Source: Octopus sinensis
Taxonomy: Eukaryota
Direction of reading: 5' to 3'
NCBI RefSeq assembly: GCF_006345805.1
Contig: NC_043006.1
Location: 37,014,001-37,078,000, forward strand
DNA: 64,000 bases
Position numbers and translations under genes: made by a program
Notes under the pieces: model-generated
The model's input: the letters and a program-made list of their open reading frames with translations, nothing else
Databases searched by the model: none
Told to the model about the DNA's origin: nothing
Part shown: one piece after another, positions 13,370 to 27,013 of the stretch
How positions within the stretch are numbered: the first letter of the stretch is position 1
How the letters are laid out: each line of letters starts with the position of its first letter

Positions 13370-14135
13370 CGACGGGCTTCTTTCAGATTCCGTCTACCAA
13401 ATCCAATCACAAGCCTTTGGTCGGCCCGAGACTATAGTAGAAGACACTTGCCCAAGGTGCCACGCACCTATAGCCTTGGACCTCGGGCCTTGTGACTGGA
13501 TTTGGTAGAGGGGAACTGAAAGAAGCCCGTCGTATATGTGTGTGTGTATATGTTTGTGTGTCTCTATTTATCCTCTCCCCCCACATCTGTGTTTGTCTCC
13601 ACACCATCGCTTGACAATCGAATACCGGTATGATTACGTCCCCGTAACTTAACGGTTCGGCAAAAGACACCGATAGAATAAGTACTAGGCTTACAAAGAA
13701 TACGTCCTGGGGTCGATTTTCTCGACTAAAGGCGGTGCTCCAGCACTGCCTTAGCCAAATGAATGAAACAATAAAAAGAGTAAAAGGAATAATGTATATA
13801 TATATATTCTTTTATTTTTTACTTGTTTCAGTCATTTGACTGCGGCCATGCTGTAGCACCGCATTTAGTCGAGGAAATCGACCCCAGGACTTATTCTTTG
13901 TAAGCCTAGTACTTATTCTATCGATCTCTATTGCCAAATCGCTAAGTTACGGGGACGTAAACACACCAGTGTCGGTTTTCAAGCGACAAACACAGACACA
14001 TACACACATATACATACAACGGATTTCTTTCAGTTTCCCTCTATCAAATCCACTCACTAGCCCAACGTGCCACGTAGTGGGACTGAACCCGGAACCATGT
14101 GGTTGGTAAGCAAGCTACTTACCACACAGCCACTC
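13086..14135. mobile_element. Three family A SINEs in alternating orientation (-,+,-): 13086-13466, 13468-13788, 13806-14135
   Basis: Each matches the family A body and tail. Confidence 0.9.
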
Positions 14136-14144
14136 ATATATATA

Positions 14145-14184
<40 letters not shown>

Positions 14185-14193
14185 ATACACGCC

Positions 14194-14273
<80 letters not shown>

Positions 14274-14859
14274 TCCTAGTCGCCTAATTTTACGGAGGTT
14301 AAACGTGAGGTAGAGTGTAACAAGATTGTCGCTTTGAAAGACTATTAATATTCACTTTTGCCAGCTGAAAGCAATGAAACAACATGTAAAAAAGTGTCTT
14401 GCTCTAGGACACTGCACACCGCTGTGAATCGAACTCAGGATCTGACGATCGTGAGCCGAATATCCTAACCAATAAGCCGTGCGCCGTCATATGTATGAAT
14501 ATATATATGCCGTATGCCTATGCAGAACTAGTATAAGCACACTCCCTTATACTAGTTCTACATAGGCATGTGTGGGTGTAGGAAGAATGACATGTCGATG
14601 AATACGATTATATGGCATTGGTGTATATACTGACCGATCACACGCACCTGGTGTTTGTGTGGTTCAAACTACGGGTAGTAATGAAATGAGATAGTTAACG
14701 GTTTTTCCGATAAATACAAACTTATGACTAAAAGAAAGATTCACCAGGTGGTGCTATTAAGTTAGACATGGCCTGGGCCTATACATGCCGAAACCTATCA
14801 AAGTCACACACACACAAATACATATTTATATAATTAATATATATGTGATATACATACAT

Positions 14860-15033
14860 AAGCGCAGGAGTGGCTGTGTGGTAAGTAGCTTGCTTACCAA
14901 CCACATGGTTCCGGGTTCAATCCCACTGCGTGGCACTTGGGCAAGTGTCTTCAACTATAGCCTCTGGCCGGCCAGAGCCTTGTGAGTGGATTTGGTAGAC
15001 AGAAACTCAAAGAAACCCGTCATAGGTGTGTGT

Positions 15034-15085
<52 letters not shown>

Positions 15086-15288
15086 TGTGTCTGTGTTTGT
15101 TCCCCCACCATCGCTTGACAACCGATGTTGGTGTGTTCACGTCCCCGCAAATTAGCGGTTCGGCAAAAGACACCAATAGAATAAATACTAGGCTTACAAA
15201 GAATAAGTCCTGGGGTCGATTTGTTCGACTAAAGGCGGTGCTCCAGCATGGCCGCGGTCAAATGACTGAAACAAATAAAAGAATAAAA
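14860..15288 (+). mobile_element. SINE family A, full length
   Basis: gcgcaggagtggctgtgtggtaag A box, ggttcaatccc B box, internal (TG)n, aaagaataaaa tail. Confidence 0.93.
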
Positions 15289-16116
15289 AAAGAATATGTA
15301 CGTACATACCTATATACATGTACCTATGTATGTCACTATGTATATATATATATATGTGTGTGTGTGTGCGTGTACAGAATATGTATATATTAATTCATGT
15401 ATGTATGTGTATATATATATACAAATATGCATGTATATGTGATATGTACATACATGTATGTATGTATATTATTTATATATATACATATGTATATATATAC
15501 ACACATATACATATACATATATACATGTATATTGAGACATAAATACATGTATGTATATCCATATGTACTTGTATACGTACACATACAAATGCATACCCAT
15601 ATCTATATACCCACACACACGGACACACACACACACAGAGCACACATACACACAGATGCAAACCCATATTTAAATGCACATACACTCACATATGCCTACA
15701 TTCATGTGCACAGACACACGCACTCGCAAATATTGTGTGAGTATTGATGTCTGAATGTCCGTTAATTTATGATCTGTGGCGTCAATGCCTGAGTATATGG
15801 GTATGTATTTGTACATATGTGTGTGAGTCCGTGTATGTGTGTTTGTGTATGTGTGTGTGTGGGAGGGTGGTGGCTGAGTGAGAAAATTAAAAGCCAGTTT
15901 GTACTTCCTTCAATGAATCCGTTATTGACACATTTGAGTCACTAAGAGTGATAGTAAGAGGGAGTTTGAAGATCACGGTGACATATTAAAGAACGGGCGA
16001 AATTATAGCGTACCTCATGCACAGACATACACGCCTACTTATATATGTATTTATGCTCATATGAGCGGGCTATGTGTTACATTACAAATACATACATACA
16101 TACATACATACATACA

Positions 16117-16181
<65 letters not shown>

Positions 16182-16230
16182 GATGATTTGATTTTTTTTT
16201 GATTTTTCCAGTTTCAGCTAATGAGCTGTG

Positions 16231-16275
<45 letters not shown>

Positions 16276-16281
<6 letters not shown>

Positions 16282-16537
16282 CTAGATTGGTTTCGGCCAG
16301 TATTGGCCCAGGCCATGTCTAACTTATAAACTTGGCGAGTCTTTGAATTCAGGTTTGGGCACCAGGCCATTCGTGCAGAGAGTTATTGTTTGCGGAGACA
16401 TATCCGGGTGTGGGTGGTCTGTCCGGGACTGTTTGAAGGAATTTGTCCAAAGACTTCTTGAATTTTGTGTAGTCAGTTTCTGTTTTCATGTGTCCTGGTG
16501 TAATGTTGAAGAGAGCGGGTCCAATTGAGGTGAAGTT
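16276..16537 (-). mobile_element. 3' end of a CR1/L2-group LINE
   Basis: GPALFNITPGHMKTETDYTKFKKSLDKFLQTVPDRPPTPGYVSANNNSLHEW*, followed by short UTR and (TA)n. Confidence 0.72.
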
Positions 16538-16825
16538 TTTGTGTGTCTGTGGTTGTCCCCCTACCATCGGTTGACAACCAAGTTTGTTGTGTCTACGTCC
16601 CCGTAACTTAGCTGTTTAACATAAACCTTGTGGTCTCTGTAAAACACACTCGCCAGGGAGCGAAAAGGATCGTTTGTAAAAAACATAAATCCGAAGGAAG
16701 CACACCTTAAGATGTGGTGCAGTATATATTAAAAATGGGGAAGGCTGGTTTATGGGATTCACGTAGAGGTCTTGGGCCAACAGGTTTTTGGGATCTGGCG
16801 ATACGGCCTTCATATACATACATAG

Positions 16826-17370
<545 letters not shown>

Positions 17371-17520
17371 TATTTAGACATATATATATATGAGAGAGTG
17401 CGAGAGAGAGAGGGGGAGAGAAAGTGTAGGTGTATTTGCATGGTAAGATGTTTGCTTCTCAGTCACATGGTTCTGAGTTCTGTCCCACTGCATAGAAGAC
17501 GGAAGTTGCAAGAAGCCCGT

Positions 17521-17613
<93 letters not shown>

Positions 17614-17628
17614 TTATCTATCTATCTA

Positions 17629-17665
<37 letters not shown>

Positions 17666-17692
17666 GTAGTTTTAGCAAATGTTGTAGGTTAG

Positions 17693-17732
17693 GACTCAAA
17701 ACTTTTCGGACGTTAGTCCTTCATCCAGAGTC
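17693..17732 (-). ncRNA. Degenerate Penelope-type hammerhead-like motif
   Basis: Minus: GACUC-UGGAUGA-A-GGAC-UAAC-GUCC-GAAA-AGUUU-GAGUC; perfect stems I and II, damaged core. Confidence 0.5.
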
Positions 17733-18437
17733 AGACAGTGGAAGAGTGCTTGAAAAGTAAAGAAAGAAAAAAAACGGGCGAAGGGTTACAAGCCCGTTGG
17801 GAATGCTGTCCTACAAAGGAGATAATAAAGGGGGACGGTGTGTGTGTGTGTGAGTGTGCGTATGTTTGTGTTCACAGTTGAATGTGTATGTATATATATA
17901 TGTATATCTGTGTGAATGTGTGTCCGTGTAGATGTGTATGTACATATACATTTATGTAGCCTCAATATGGAACATGTACAAAATGGTTAGAAACGGGTCC
18001 CATAACCACTGTTTATATTTGTATTAAGCAAGATGGTATTATTTACTCCATTACTCGTTTCAGTCATCTAACTGTGGCCAAGCTGGGGCACCACCTTGAA
18101 GGATTTTACGAATCAAACCGACCCTGTACATATTTTAGGCCTGACCTGCTACTTATTCTAATGGGCTGTTTTGCAGAACCAACTTCAGGGACGTAAGCAA
18201 ACCAATACCGGTTGTCAAATAGTGTAGGGACAAACACAAAGATATGCACTCCACCTCACTCCACAAATATATCATTTTACTTAGCTTGTTTTTAGTTCAT
18301 TGTAATAATGATGATGGTGGTGGTGATGATGATGGTGGTGGTGGTGGTGGTGGTGGTGGTGGTGGTGATGGTGATAGTGGTGGCGGCGGTGGTGGTGGTG
18401 GTGATGATGATGGTGATGATGATGGTTGTGATGATGA

Positions 18438-18852
18438 TGCAATACTTGGCAGTGGCTCTCATGGCTTCTGATCGTAAAAGATGGTCGACAGCACATATTC
18501 CGCTGAAAACCGCAGATTTGCTTGTCAGTTGCTTGAGCTTAACTCAACCCGATGAGTAGGTCCCTTAGCAGCTGACGCATGTACGATCAGAAGTAGCAGG
18601 GGAAGTATCATAGCCATGTGTTGAGAGGAATTCTTTGGGGTTAGAATAATTCACCTCTGGAAACATGTGTGTTTCATTCATCAGCCTTAAACAAGCCTTA
18701 TTCAGAGACCTTTTGAGCTGGATGGACTACTTGACCTGAAGAAAATTCTAACTGCTCCTCACACCTGCAAGGTCATGCCGTGTTTATCTTGATATGAGAT
18801 CACCATGTTGTCCACATATGGTTGTGATGCATGTGCCTGGTGTACACTTATC
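18438..18852 (+). mobile_element. Diverged, internally deleted copy of element X
   Basis: Shares ggcagtggctctcatggcttctgatc through catgtgcctggtgtac with 22383-22855; flanked by (TGA)n and (TAA)n. Confidence 0.8.
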
Positions 18853-18869
18853 ATAATAATAATAATGAT

Positions 18870-19015
18870 GATTTAAAATTTTTGCCACAAGGGCAGCTTG
18901 AGGGAGGGGATTAAGTCGATTACATCGTCCCCAGTGCGTAACTGGTACTTATTTAATCGACCCCGAAAGGATGAAAGGCAAAGTCGACCTCGCCGGAATT
19001 TGAACTCAGAACGCA
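18870..19015 (-). mobile_element. SINE family B, truncated
   Basis: ggatgaaaggcaaagtcgacctcg..tttgaactcagaac. Confidence 0.85.
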
Positions 19016-19043
19016 GCACTATATAATAATAATAATAATAATA

Positions 19044-19130
<87 letters not shown>

Positions 19131-19170
19131 CGATGACGATGACGATGACGATGATGATGATGATGATGAT

Positions 19171-19524
19171 AAGAAGAATAGAAAGCAAACTGTGCTGGAT
19201 CATAGAGATAGCATGCCCAGCTGACAACAAGGTATGCGATAAGGAAGAAAGAAAAGTCGATAGCTATGACAGGTTAGCTTAGGAGGTTGAGCAGTTGTGG
19301 TCGATGAAAAAGGTGGTAGTATACCAATACTTGTCGGAGCCCTGGGAACAGTGAGTAAAAATCTTGAGAAGTACATGGAACAAATAGGGGCTGCAATAAG
19401 GGTAGAGCACTTGTAGAAAACAGCACGGCTTGGAACCGCTCGAATATTCCGGAACGTGCTCGAAAAATAGGAGGTGTTACCTTAGATCATTGGTAGTGAA
19501 CAGCTAACAACGTAGTACAAAGGC
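19171..19524 (+). mobile_element. 3' fragment of a second, divergent R4/Dong-type element
   Basis: Translates with stops/frameshift as CWIIEIACPADNKVCDKEERKVDSYDRLA*EVEQLWSM..PILVGALGTV..TARLGTARIFRNVLEK*, parallel to the C-terminus of the downstream element; ends in (TAA)n. Confidence 0.82.
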
Positions 19525-19593
<69 letters not shown>

Positions 19594-19596
<3 letters not shown>

Positions 19597-22228
19597 CAAC
19601 TCTAACCCCCAAAAGTTCTACCAAGAACTGGGAAAAAATAAAATCAACTCTAACCCCAAAAAGTTCTACCAAGAACTGGGAAAAAATAAAATAGAAGTCA
19701 CTGCAGCACCAACGGCAGAAGAATTGGAAGAATTCTGGGGAGAAATATGGTCGGCGAACGAAGCACCAAAAAAAAAGAAGTATCAGAATAACAAACTCGG
19801 CATCTGAACAACTTTGGACCCCCATAACAACTGAAGAGGTCACCCAGGCACTGCAAAGACTAAGCAACTGGAAGGCACCTGGGCATGACAAGATCCCCAA
19901 CTTCTGGTTGAAATATCTAACAGGAATGCACAAAAAGCTGGCTGAAAACTTTAACAAAGTACTAGCAGAGCCAGAGACAATGCCTGAATGGCTCACGAAG
20001 GGGAAAACCATCTTAATTCTCAAATCAAATGAAACAGAAAAACCAGAAAACTACAGACCAATAACCTGCCTCCCTACTATGTTCAAGGCATTTACTGCAG
20101 TGATATCACAAAGGCTGAACAAGCACCTGGACGAAAACAAACTGTTCCCAGAAGAGCAGAAAGGGTGCCGCAAAGGCTCATATGGCTGTAAAGATCAACT
20201 AATGATTAATAAAGCCATAACTGAAGACAGCCACAGAAAGAAGAAAGGCCTCAGTATGGCCTGGATTGACTACAAAAAGGCGTTTGATAGCATCCTCCAC
20301 ACATGGATCCTCGAAACACTAGCCATTAACAAAGTAGCACCAACAATCATAAAATTCATAGAGCACTCTATGAATAAATGGCAAACAGTCCTACACCTCC
20401 AAACAAAAGAGGGACTCATGAAAACCAAAGACATCCCCATTAGAAGAGGAATATTCCAGGGAGACACGCTCTCTCCACTCCTTTTCTGCTTGGCACTGTC
20501 ACCTCTATCTGATATGCTAAATAGAACTGGATGTGGATATAAATGTTACGGCAAAACGATCAGCCACCTTTTATATATGGATGACCTAAAACTATACGCT
20601 GCAAATGACAAACAGCTGGAAACACTATTAAAGACTTCATGGATTTACCAAAGAAATAGATATGAAATTTGGATTAGAAAAATGCGCCAAAGTAACCCTG
20701 AAAAGAGGAAAACTAGTTAAGAGTAACAACATCACACTAGATAAAACCAATGAAATAAAAGAATTAGACCAAAGCCAAACTTACAAATACTTAGGAATCC
20801 ATGAACTAGATAAGACACAACACACCACAAATGAAAGAGAAAATAAAAAAAGAATATTATAGACGAGTTAGATCAATACTAAACACAGAGCTCAATGCTA
20901 AAAACAAGATAATAGGTATCAACACTTTAGCTGTCCCAGTTATAAGTTACAGCTACAATATCCTTAACTGGACACGAAATGAACTGACCAAAATAGATAG
21001 GAAAACAAGAAAAATAATGACAGGATCTAGGATGTATCACCCAAAATCTGACATAGAAAGACTATATATACAACGTATAGAAGGTGGTAGAGGCCTTATA
21101 CAGCTGGAAAACTACTATAAAATAACCACCATAGGACTGCAAAAATATCTACTTCAGAAGGAAGGAAAACTGATCCAGATAGCGGCAAAACACGAGCAAA
21201 ACAAAAAACTGTTCTCAGTATTTAAGGAAGCTGACAAATACAAACAAGAAATCATACCACCTAATAAACATGAAGAAGAAGAAGAAGATGAAGAAACAAC
21301 AAAAGCTATAAAACAAATGAAATCCAAACTAAAAATAGAACAGCAACGAACCATGATAAAACGATGGCAAGAAAAGCCCCTTCATGGTAAATACTGGACT
21401 AAACTAAACGCAAAAGAAATAGACAAAGAAAAATCCCAGCAATGGTTGAGAAGCTCAGGACTCAAAGCAGAAACAGAGGGATTTTTAATTGCAGCACAAG
21501 ACCAAAGCCTCCCCACCAGAAATTACCAAAAACATGTAATGAAAAGAAATATTACAAGTAACTGCAGAATATGTGGAGATGGACAAGAAACAATAAATCA
21601 TATTATCTCTAGCTGCCCAGTCTTGGCTAAGAAGGAATATATTCACAGACATGACAGAGTTGGAACCTACATACATTGGAAGCTATGCCAACATTATGGA
21701 ATAACAACAGAAAAAAGATGGTATAGGCACACACCAGAAAAGGTCACAGAAAACGAGAAAGCAACCATACTCTGGGATATGCCGATACACACAGATAGAG
21801 AAATTAAGGCCAACAGACCAGATATAGTTGTCAGAGATCATGAAGAAAAAAATGCTTTCTAATTGATGTATCAATACCGGCTGATGACAACGTGTCTCTA
21901 AAAGAAATGGAGAAACTCTCAAAATACAAAGACCTGGAAATAGAGGTAACTAGAATGTGGAATCTGAAAACAGAAACAATTCCTATCATAGTAGGTGCAT
22001 TAGGCATGATAAAAAAATATTCAGACAAATACATAACAAAAACACCAGGACTTACAAACACATATAACATACAGAAAATTGCACTACTAGGCACTGCACA
22101 CATCCTACGCAGAACACTTTCCATACAATAACCATCAGAGCATCACAACAAATCACAGCACATACCCAAGGCACACAGAGCTGTGCTCGGTAGTGAAGTG
22201 AAAGCACGCTATAAAAATAAAACTACTG
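19594..22228 (+). mobile_element. 5'-truncated R4/Dong-clade (R2-superfamily) non-LTR retrotransposon in (TAA)n
   Basis: RT, zinc knuckle and restriction-like endonuclease motifs in the expected order; (TAA)n on both sides; ~100-bp 3' UTR. Confidence 0.92.
19690..22131 (+). pseudogene. Frameshifted RT / CCHC / REL endonuclease ORF
   Basis: NWKAPGHD, NYRPITCLPT, WIDYKKAFDS, GIFQGDTLSPLLF, LYMDDLKLY, YKYLGI, GGRGL, CRICGDGQETINHIISSC, RHD, RPDIVV, KLSKYKDLEIE; split across ORFs 19908-20720, 20662-20862, 20831-21862, 21892-22131. Confidence 0.93.
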
Positions 22229-22255
22229 AATAATGATAATAATAATAATATAATA

Positions 22256-22939
22256 AATGCCCTGATGCAGTACCAGGCAGTGGCTCTCATGGCTTCTGAT
22301 CTTAACTGATTGGAAGTGTTATCATGTACATTGTTTTGTCTTGGTATAAAAGATGGGCTACAGCAAATATTCTGCTCAATACAATGCCCTGATGCAGTAC
22401 CAGGCAGTGGCTCTCATGGCTTCTGATCTTAACTGATTGGAAGTGTTATCATGTACATTGTTTTGTCTTGGTATAAAAGATGGGCTACAGCAAATATTCT
22501 GCTCAATACCACAGATTTGCTTGTCAATTGTTTGACCTTAACCAGTTGAGCATGTTCCTTAGTGGCTGACGATATGTGCATCTCTGATCACGAGCAGAAG
22601 TAATGGGGGAGCATCATAGCCATGTGTTGAGAGGGATTCTTTGGGGTTTGAATAATTCACCTCTGGAAACATGGGTGGTTCTTTCAACATCCTTAAACAA
22701 CCCTTATTCAGGGACCTTTTGAGCGGGATGGGCTACTCAACCTGAAGAAAATTCTAACTGGGCCCCACCTGTAAGGTCATGTGCTGTTTATCTTGATATG
22801 AGATCACCATGTCGCGCACATATGGTTGTGATGCATGTGCCTGGTGTACCCTTATCAGACGGGTAGTCATGATGGGTATATTGGGCTTCGTATATTTTAC
22901 CCCAGTGTCACTTTGATGGCATGCACTGCTCTCTCACTC
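22256..22939 (+). mobile_element. Non-coding (TAA)n-flanked repeat (element X, ~560 bp) with 127-bp tandem duplication of its left end
   Basis: 22256-22382 = 22383-22509; (TAA)n at both ends; homologous to 18438-18852. Orientation assumed. Confidence 0.8.
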
Positions 22940-23105
22940 AATAATAATAATAATGGGTATTGAGTATCTTCCACGATAATTAATATCTAAGTATTAAGTC
23001 TTTTAATTTGCGGAAAGACTCTGTGAGACTTCTGACAACAGGCTGCTGTTCACTCTCACAGAATCAACCAGAGCAAGCAAGACCGAGAGCTCCGCGGAGC
23101 AAAAT

Positions 23106-23485
23106 ATTCTTTTACTCTTTTACTTGTTTCAGTCATTTGACTGTGGCCATGCTGGAGCACCGCCTTTAGTCGAGCAAATTGACCACAGGACTTATTCTTT
23201 GTAAGCCAAGTACTTATTCTATCGGTCTCTTTTGCCGAACCACTAAGTTACAGGGACGTAAACACACCAGCATCGGTTGTTAAGCGATGTTGGGGGAACA
23301 AACACAGATACACAAACATATATATGTACATATATATATATATACGACACGTTTCTTTCAGTTTCCGTCTACCAAATCCACTCACAGGACTTTGGTCGGC
23401 CCGAGGCTATAGTAGAAGACACTGGCCCAAGTTGCCACGCAGTGGGACTGAACCCGGAACCATGTGGTTCGTAAGCAAGCTACTT
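23106..23485 (-). mobile_element. SINE family A
   Basis: Near full-length match to other copies. Confidence 0.92.
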
Positions 23486-23927
23486 GTAGGCCAGCAATTT
23501 TGAGGGTGGTGGGGGTGGAGGCTAGTCGATTGGCCCCTGTGCTCAACTAACACCTATTTCGTTGACTTTGAAACAATGAATTTGAGGCACGCAGAAGTGC
23601 CAGAGAAAATGTAAAGTAGTATTTTATCCGACGTTCTGAGAATGGTGTCAGTTCGCCACCTTAATGATAAGTTTCAAATGTTGGCACAAAGCCAGTAGGT
23701 TTTAATATTTCCATTTTTGGTGGAGGTGTGGAAGTCGATTACATCGTCTCCAGTACATGACTGGTACGCTGTTTTATCAACTCCAAAATGATGAAAGGCA
23801 AATTCAACTTAGGCAGAATTTGAATTTAGAAGATCGAAAATTTGAATTCAGAAGTCGAAAGAAATGCTGCTTAGCATTTTGTTCGACGCGCCTAAATAAT
23901 TCTGCCTCCTCGTCCGCCGCCTTAATA

Positions 23928-24187
23928 TTAGGTTGGTGCATAATTATTGCAGCTTTTTTTCAATAAATTTTATTCAACAAAATCAATAACAACATTTAAC
24001 AAAAACATCTTTAAATGATTATTCCGACCGGCTGCCAAGCAAATGGGAAGCGGTAATAGAAGTAGATGGTGAATATGCTCCGGAATAATCATTTAAAGAT
24101 GTTTCTGTTACATGTTGTTATTCTTTTTGTTGAACAAAATTTTTTGAAAAATAAAAAAAAACCCACGATAATTATGCACCAACTTAA
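23928..24187 (+). mobile_element. Mariner-derived MITE (260 bp)
   Basis: TIR ttaggttggtgcataattat / ataattatgcaccaacttaa, TA TSDs; retains C-terminal RLPSKWEAVIEVDGEYAPE*. Confidence 0.9.
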
Positions 24188-24628
24188 TAATAATTATTGT
24201 TTAAAACTTTGGCAGAAGACTAGTAATTTTAGGGACAGGGGGCGTTTAATCGATGACATTGGCCCCAATATCTGACAGGATTTCGTTCTTTTAGATCCCG
24301 ATAGAATAAAAGGCTAAGTTGACTTGGCGGGAAAGAACCGGAAGAAATGCTGCTAAGCATTTTGTGCGATGCACTTAAAGTGTCTGCCACCCCGCCGCCT
24401 CAATAAACATATAACACGCACACACACACGCACGCACATGCACACGCACACACATTTATATAACGTGTGTGCATTTGAGTGTGTGTAAATATTATATTAG
24501 TTTGTGGAGCTTAAGACACGTTCACCCACGTGTGTCTATACAAACAAATCGCGGTATATTTATAAACACAGAATATCGCTTATGTTGGAAAACATTTCAC
24601 TCAACGTGTGAACCAAATTTACAAACGG

Positions 24629-24663
<35 letters not shown>

Positions 24664-24683
24664 AGGGTGAGAGATAGAGAGCG

Positions 24684-24725
<42 letters not shown>

Positions 24726-25164
24726 TAGGAAGACAGTGGGGAGTGGTTTCTGAAGTCGTAAGAAGAGTTGTGTATGTGCGAAAGTATATTTGGAATACAG
24801 CTGGTTATATTTGTCTGTCTGTCTAGGTTAAGCGTCCCATTGCTAAACATATCAATATATTAAACAAGGTAACGTATGAGCGGTTCTCTAAGCAGTCGCT
24901 CAAGCTGTTGTATGAAATAGCAGCCAAATCTCCCTCCGTCGAACTACACTCCACCCCACTGGTTCTCGAATCTGTTTTCATATTTTTATTTATAAGGTGT
25001 GCACACGAGAACAAAAAAAAATAATGTTGCCGTAAAAGCATGGCTGTGTAGTTAAAATGTTCACTTTGCAACCACTTCGTTATGAGTTCGGTCCCATTTG
25101 CGAGGCACCTTGAGTAAGTGTCATCTAAAACGCCCCGGGCCGAATAGTGTCTTGTAAGGGAATT

Positions 25165-25204
<40 letters not shown>

Positions 25205-25206
<2 letters not shown>

Positions 25207-26770
25207 CGTGCGTGTATGGTTGTGTGATGAGCTTGCCTCTCAACCACTTAATTCCGGGTTCAATACCACTGCGTGGTGCTTCGTTCCAGTGTCTTTTACT
25301 CTAGCCTAAAGCCGACCAAAGCCTTGTGGGTGGATTTGGTAGGCGGAACTGAAAGAAGCCTGTCATGTGTGTGTGTGTGTGTGTATGTGTATATGAGTTT
25401 GTGTATGTTTCCCCCCCTGCCACTGCTTGACAATCGGTAATGGTGTGTTTATGATACAAAATATGAACCTTAATTCCCAGGTTATTATATGGAGATAGTT
25501 TTCAATGGGCTAATCCTACTCCTAAGCTAATCCTATCAGTAAGCTAATCCTTTCTTGGTAAATTTCAACATAACTATTTCCTACAGACACAAATCCATTC
25601 ACATTATTTCCATAAAACGATTCTTTCAAATACAGGCACACAAGTCCTGAAAATTTAGGGGCAGTGTCTAGTTGGTTATATTGACCCCCTCAATTCAACT
25701 GATTCTTTTACGTCCCTGAAAGCATGAAAGGCAAAGACGAACTCTGCAGAATTTCTGCTCAGAACGTAAAACCAGAAAAAATGCTGGCGTAGGAGTGAGT
25801 GTGTGGTAAGTTTGTGTCTGTGTTTGTCCCCCCACCCCAACATCGCTTGACAACCGGTGCTGGTGTGTTTACGTCCCCGTAACTTAGATGTTCGGCAAAA
25901 AGAGATCGATAGAATAAATACTAGACTTACAAAGAATAAGTCCTGGAGTCGATTTGCTCGACTAAAGGCGGTGCTCCAGCATGGCCGCAGTCAAATGACT
26001 GAAACAAGTAAAAGAGTAAGCATTTTGTCCAGTGTGCTAACGATTCTGCTCGTTGATGGTGGTGGTGGTGATGATTATGATGATGATAATGATGATGATG
26101 GTGACGATGATGAACCCTCTACAACAATGGTTTCATATTTTAGCACAAGGCCTGCATTTTTAAGGGAGTGAGTATGTCAATTACATCGACCCCCAGTGTT
26201 CAACTAGTACTTATTTCATCGATCCCCAATAAGATGAAAGGCAGAGTCAAACTCGGCAGAATTTGAACCCAAAATGTAAAATCGGAAGAAATGCCGCTAA
26301 ACATTTTGTCCGGGGCGGTAACGATTCTGTCAACTCGTCACCTTCACCGGCTTTGTAATAATTCTTTGTACTATAGTCAGAAAGCCTGGAATTTGTGTGT
26401 GTGTGTGTGTGGGGGGACTAGTCGATTACATTGGCCCCGGGGTTCAACTAAAAGGATGAAAGGCAAAGACGACTGCGGTGAGATTTGAATACAAAACGTA
26501 AAGCCGGATGGAATGCAGCTAAGCATTTTGTTCGGAATTATTACGATCCTGTCCTTTATAATCTTTTTTTACTCTAGGCTAGGCACAAGGCCTGAAATTT
26601 TGGGCGAGGCATCCAGTCGATTAGATTGACCCCAGTACTCAACTGGTACTTAATCTATCGACCCCGAAAGGATGAAAGGCAAAGTCGACCGCGGCAGGAT
26701 TTGAATGTAAAACGTAAAGCCGGATGAAATGCAACTAAACAGTTTGTTCGGTGTGGTTATGATCCTGTTA
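25205..26770. mobile_element. Cluster of family A (+) and family B (-) SINE fragments
   Basis: A at 25205-25450 and 25780-26012; B at ~26130-26350, 26370-26540, 26580-26770. Confidence 0.8.
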
Positions 26771-26940
26771 GCTCGTTGTCTTCGGGCCTTTACAATAATA
26801 AACCTAATGTCGATAATCTTTCGTCTGATAAACATTATTTAGATAAAATAATAAAAATGCATTATTACCTCGTATTACATATGGCTTCATTGCACAACGA
26901 TAAAATATATATTCATCAAGAGAGACATAATCATTGTCAC

Positions 26941-27013
26941 GTCACCATATGCAAAAGCCTATCGTCAGGTCACCATATGCAAAAAGCCTATCGTCAGGTC
27001 ACCATATGCAAAA
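26941..27013 (+). repeat. 29/30-bp tandem repeat x2.5
   Basis: gtcaccatatgcaaaa(a)gcctatcgtcag. Confidence 0.92.

Noticed and set aside
19800-21920. CTGAAGA / CTGATGA heptamers at ~19831, ~20221, ~21882, plus ~8948 and ~14442
   Set aside because: No stem II/III pairing; they lie in coding or SINE-head sequence.
26941-27013. CRISPR-like or hammerhead array (CTGACGA on minus in each unit)
   Set aside because: No spacers, no GAAA or stems; simple tandem repeat in a eukaryote.
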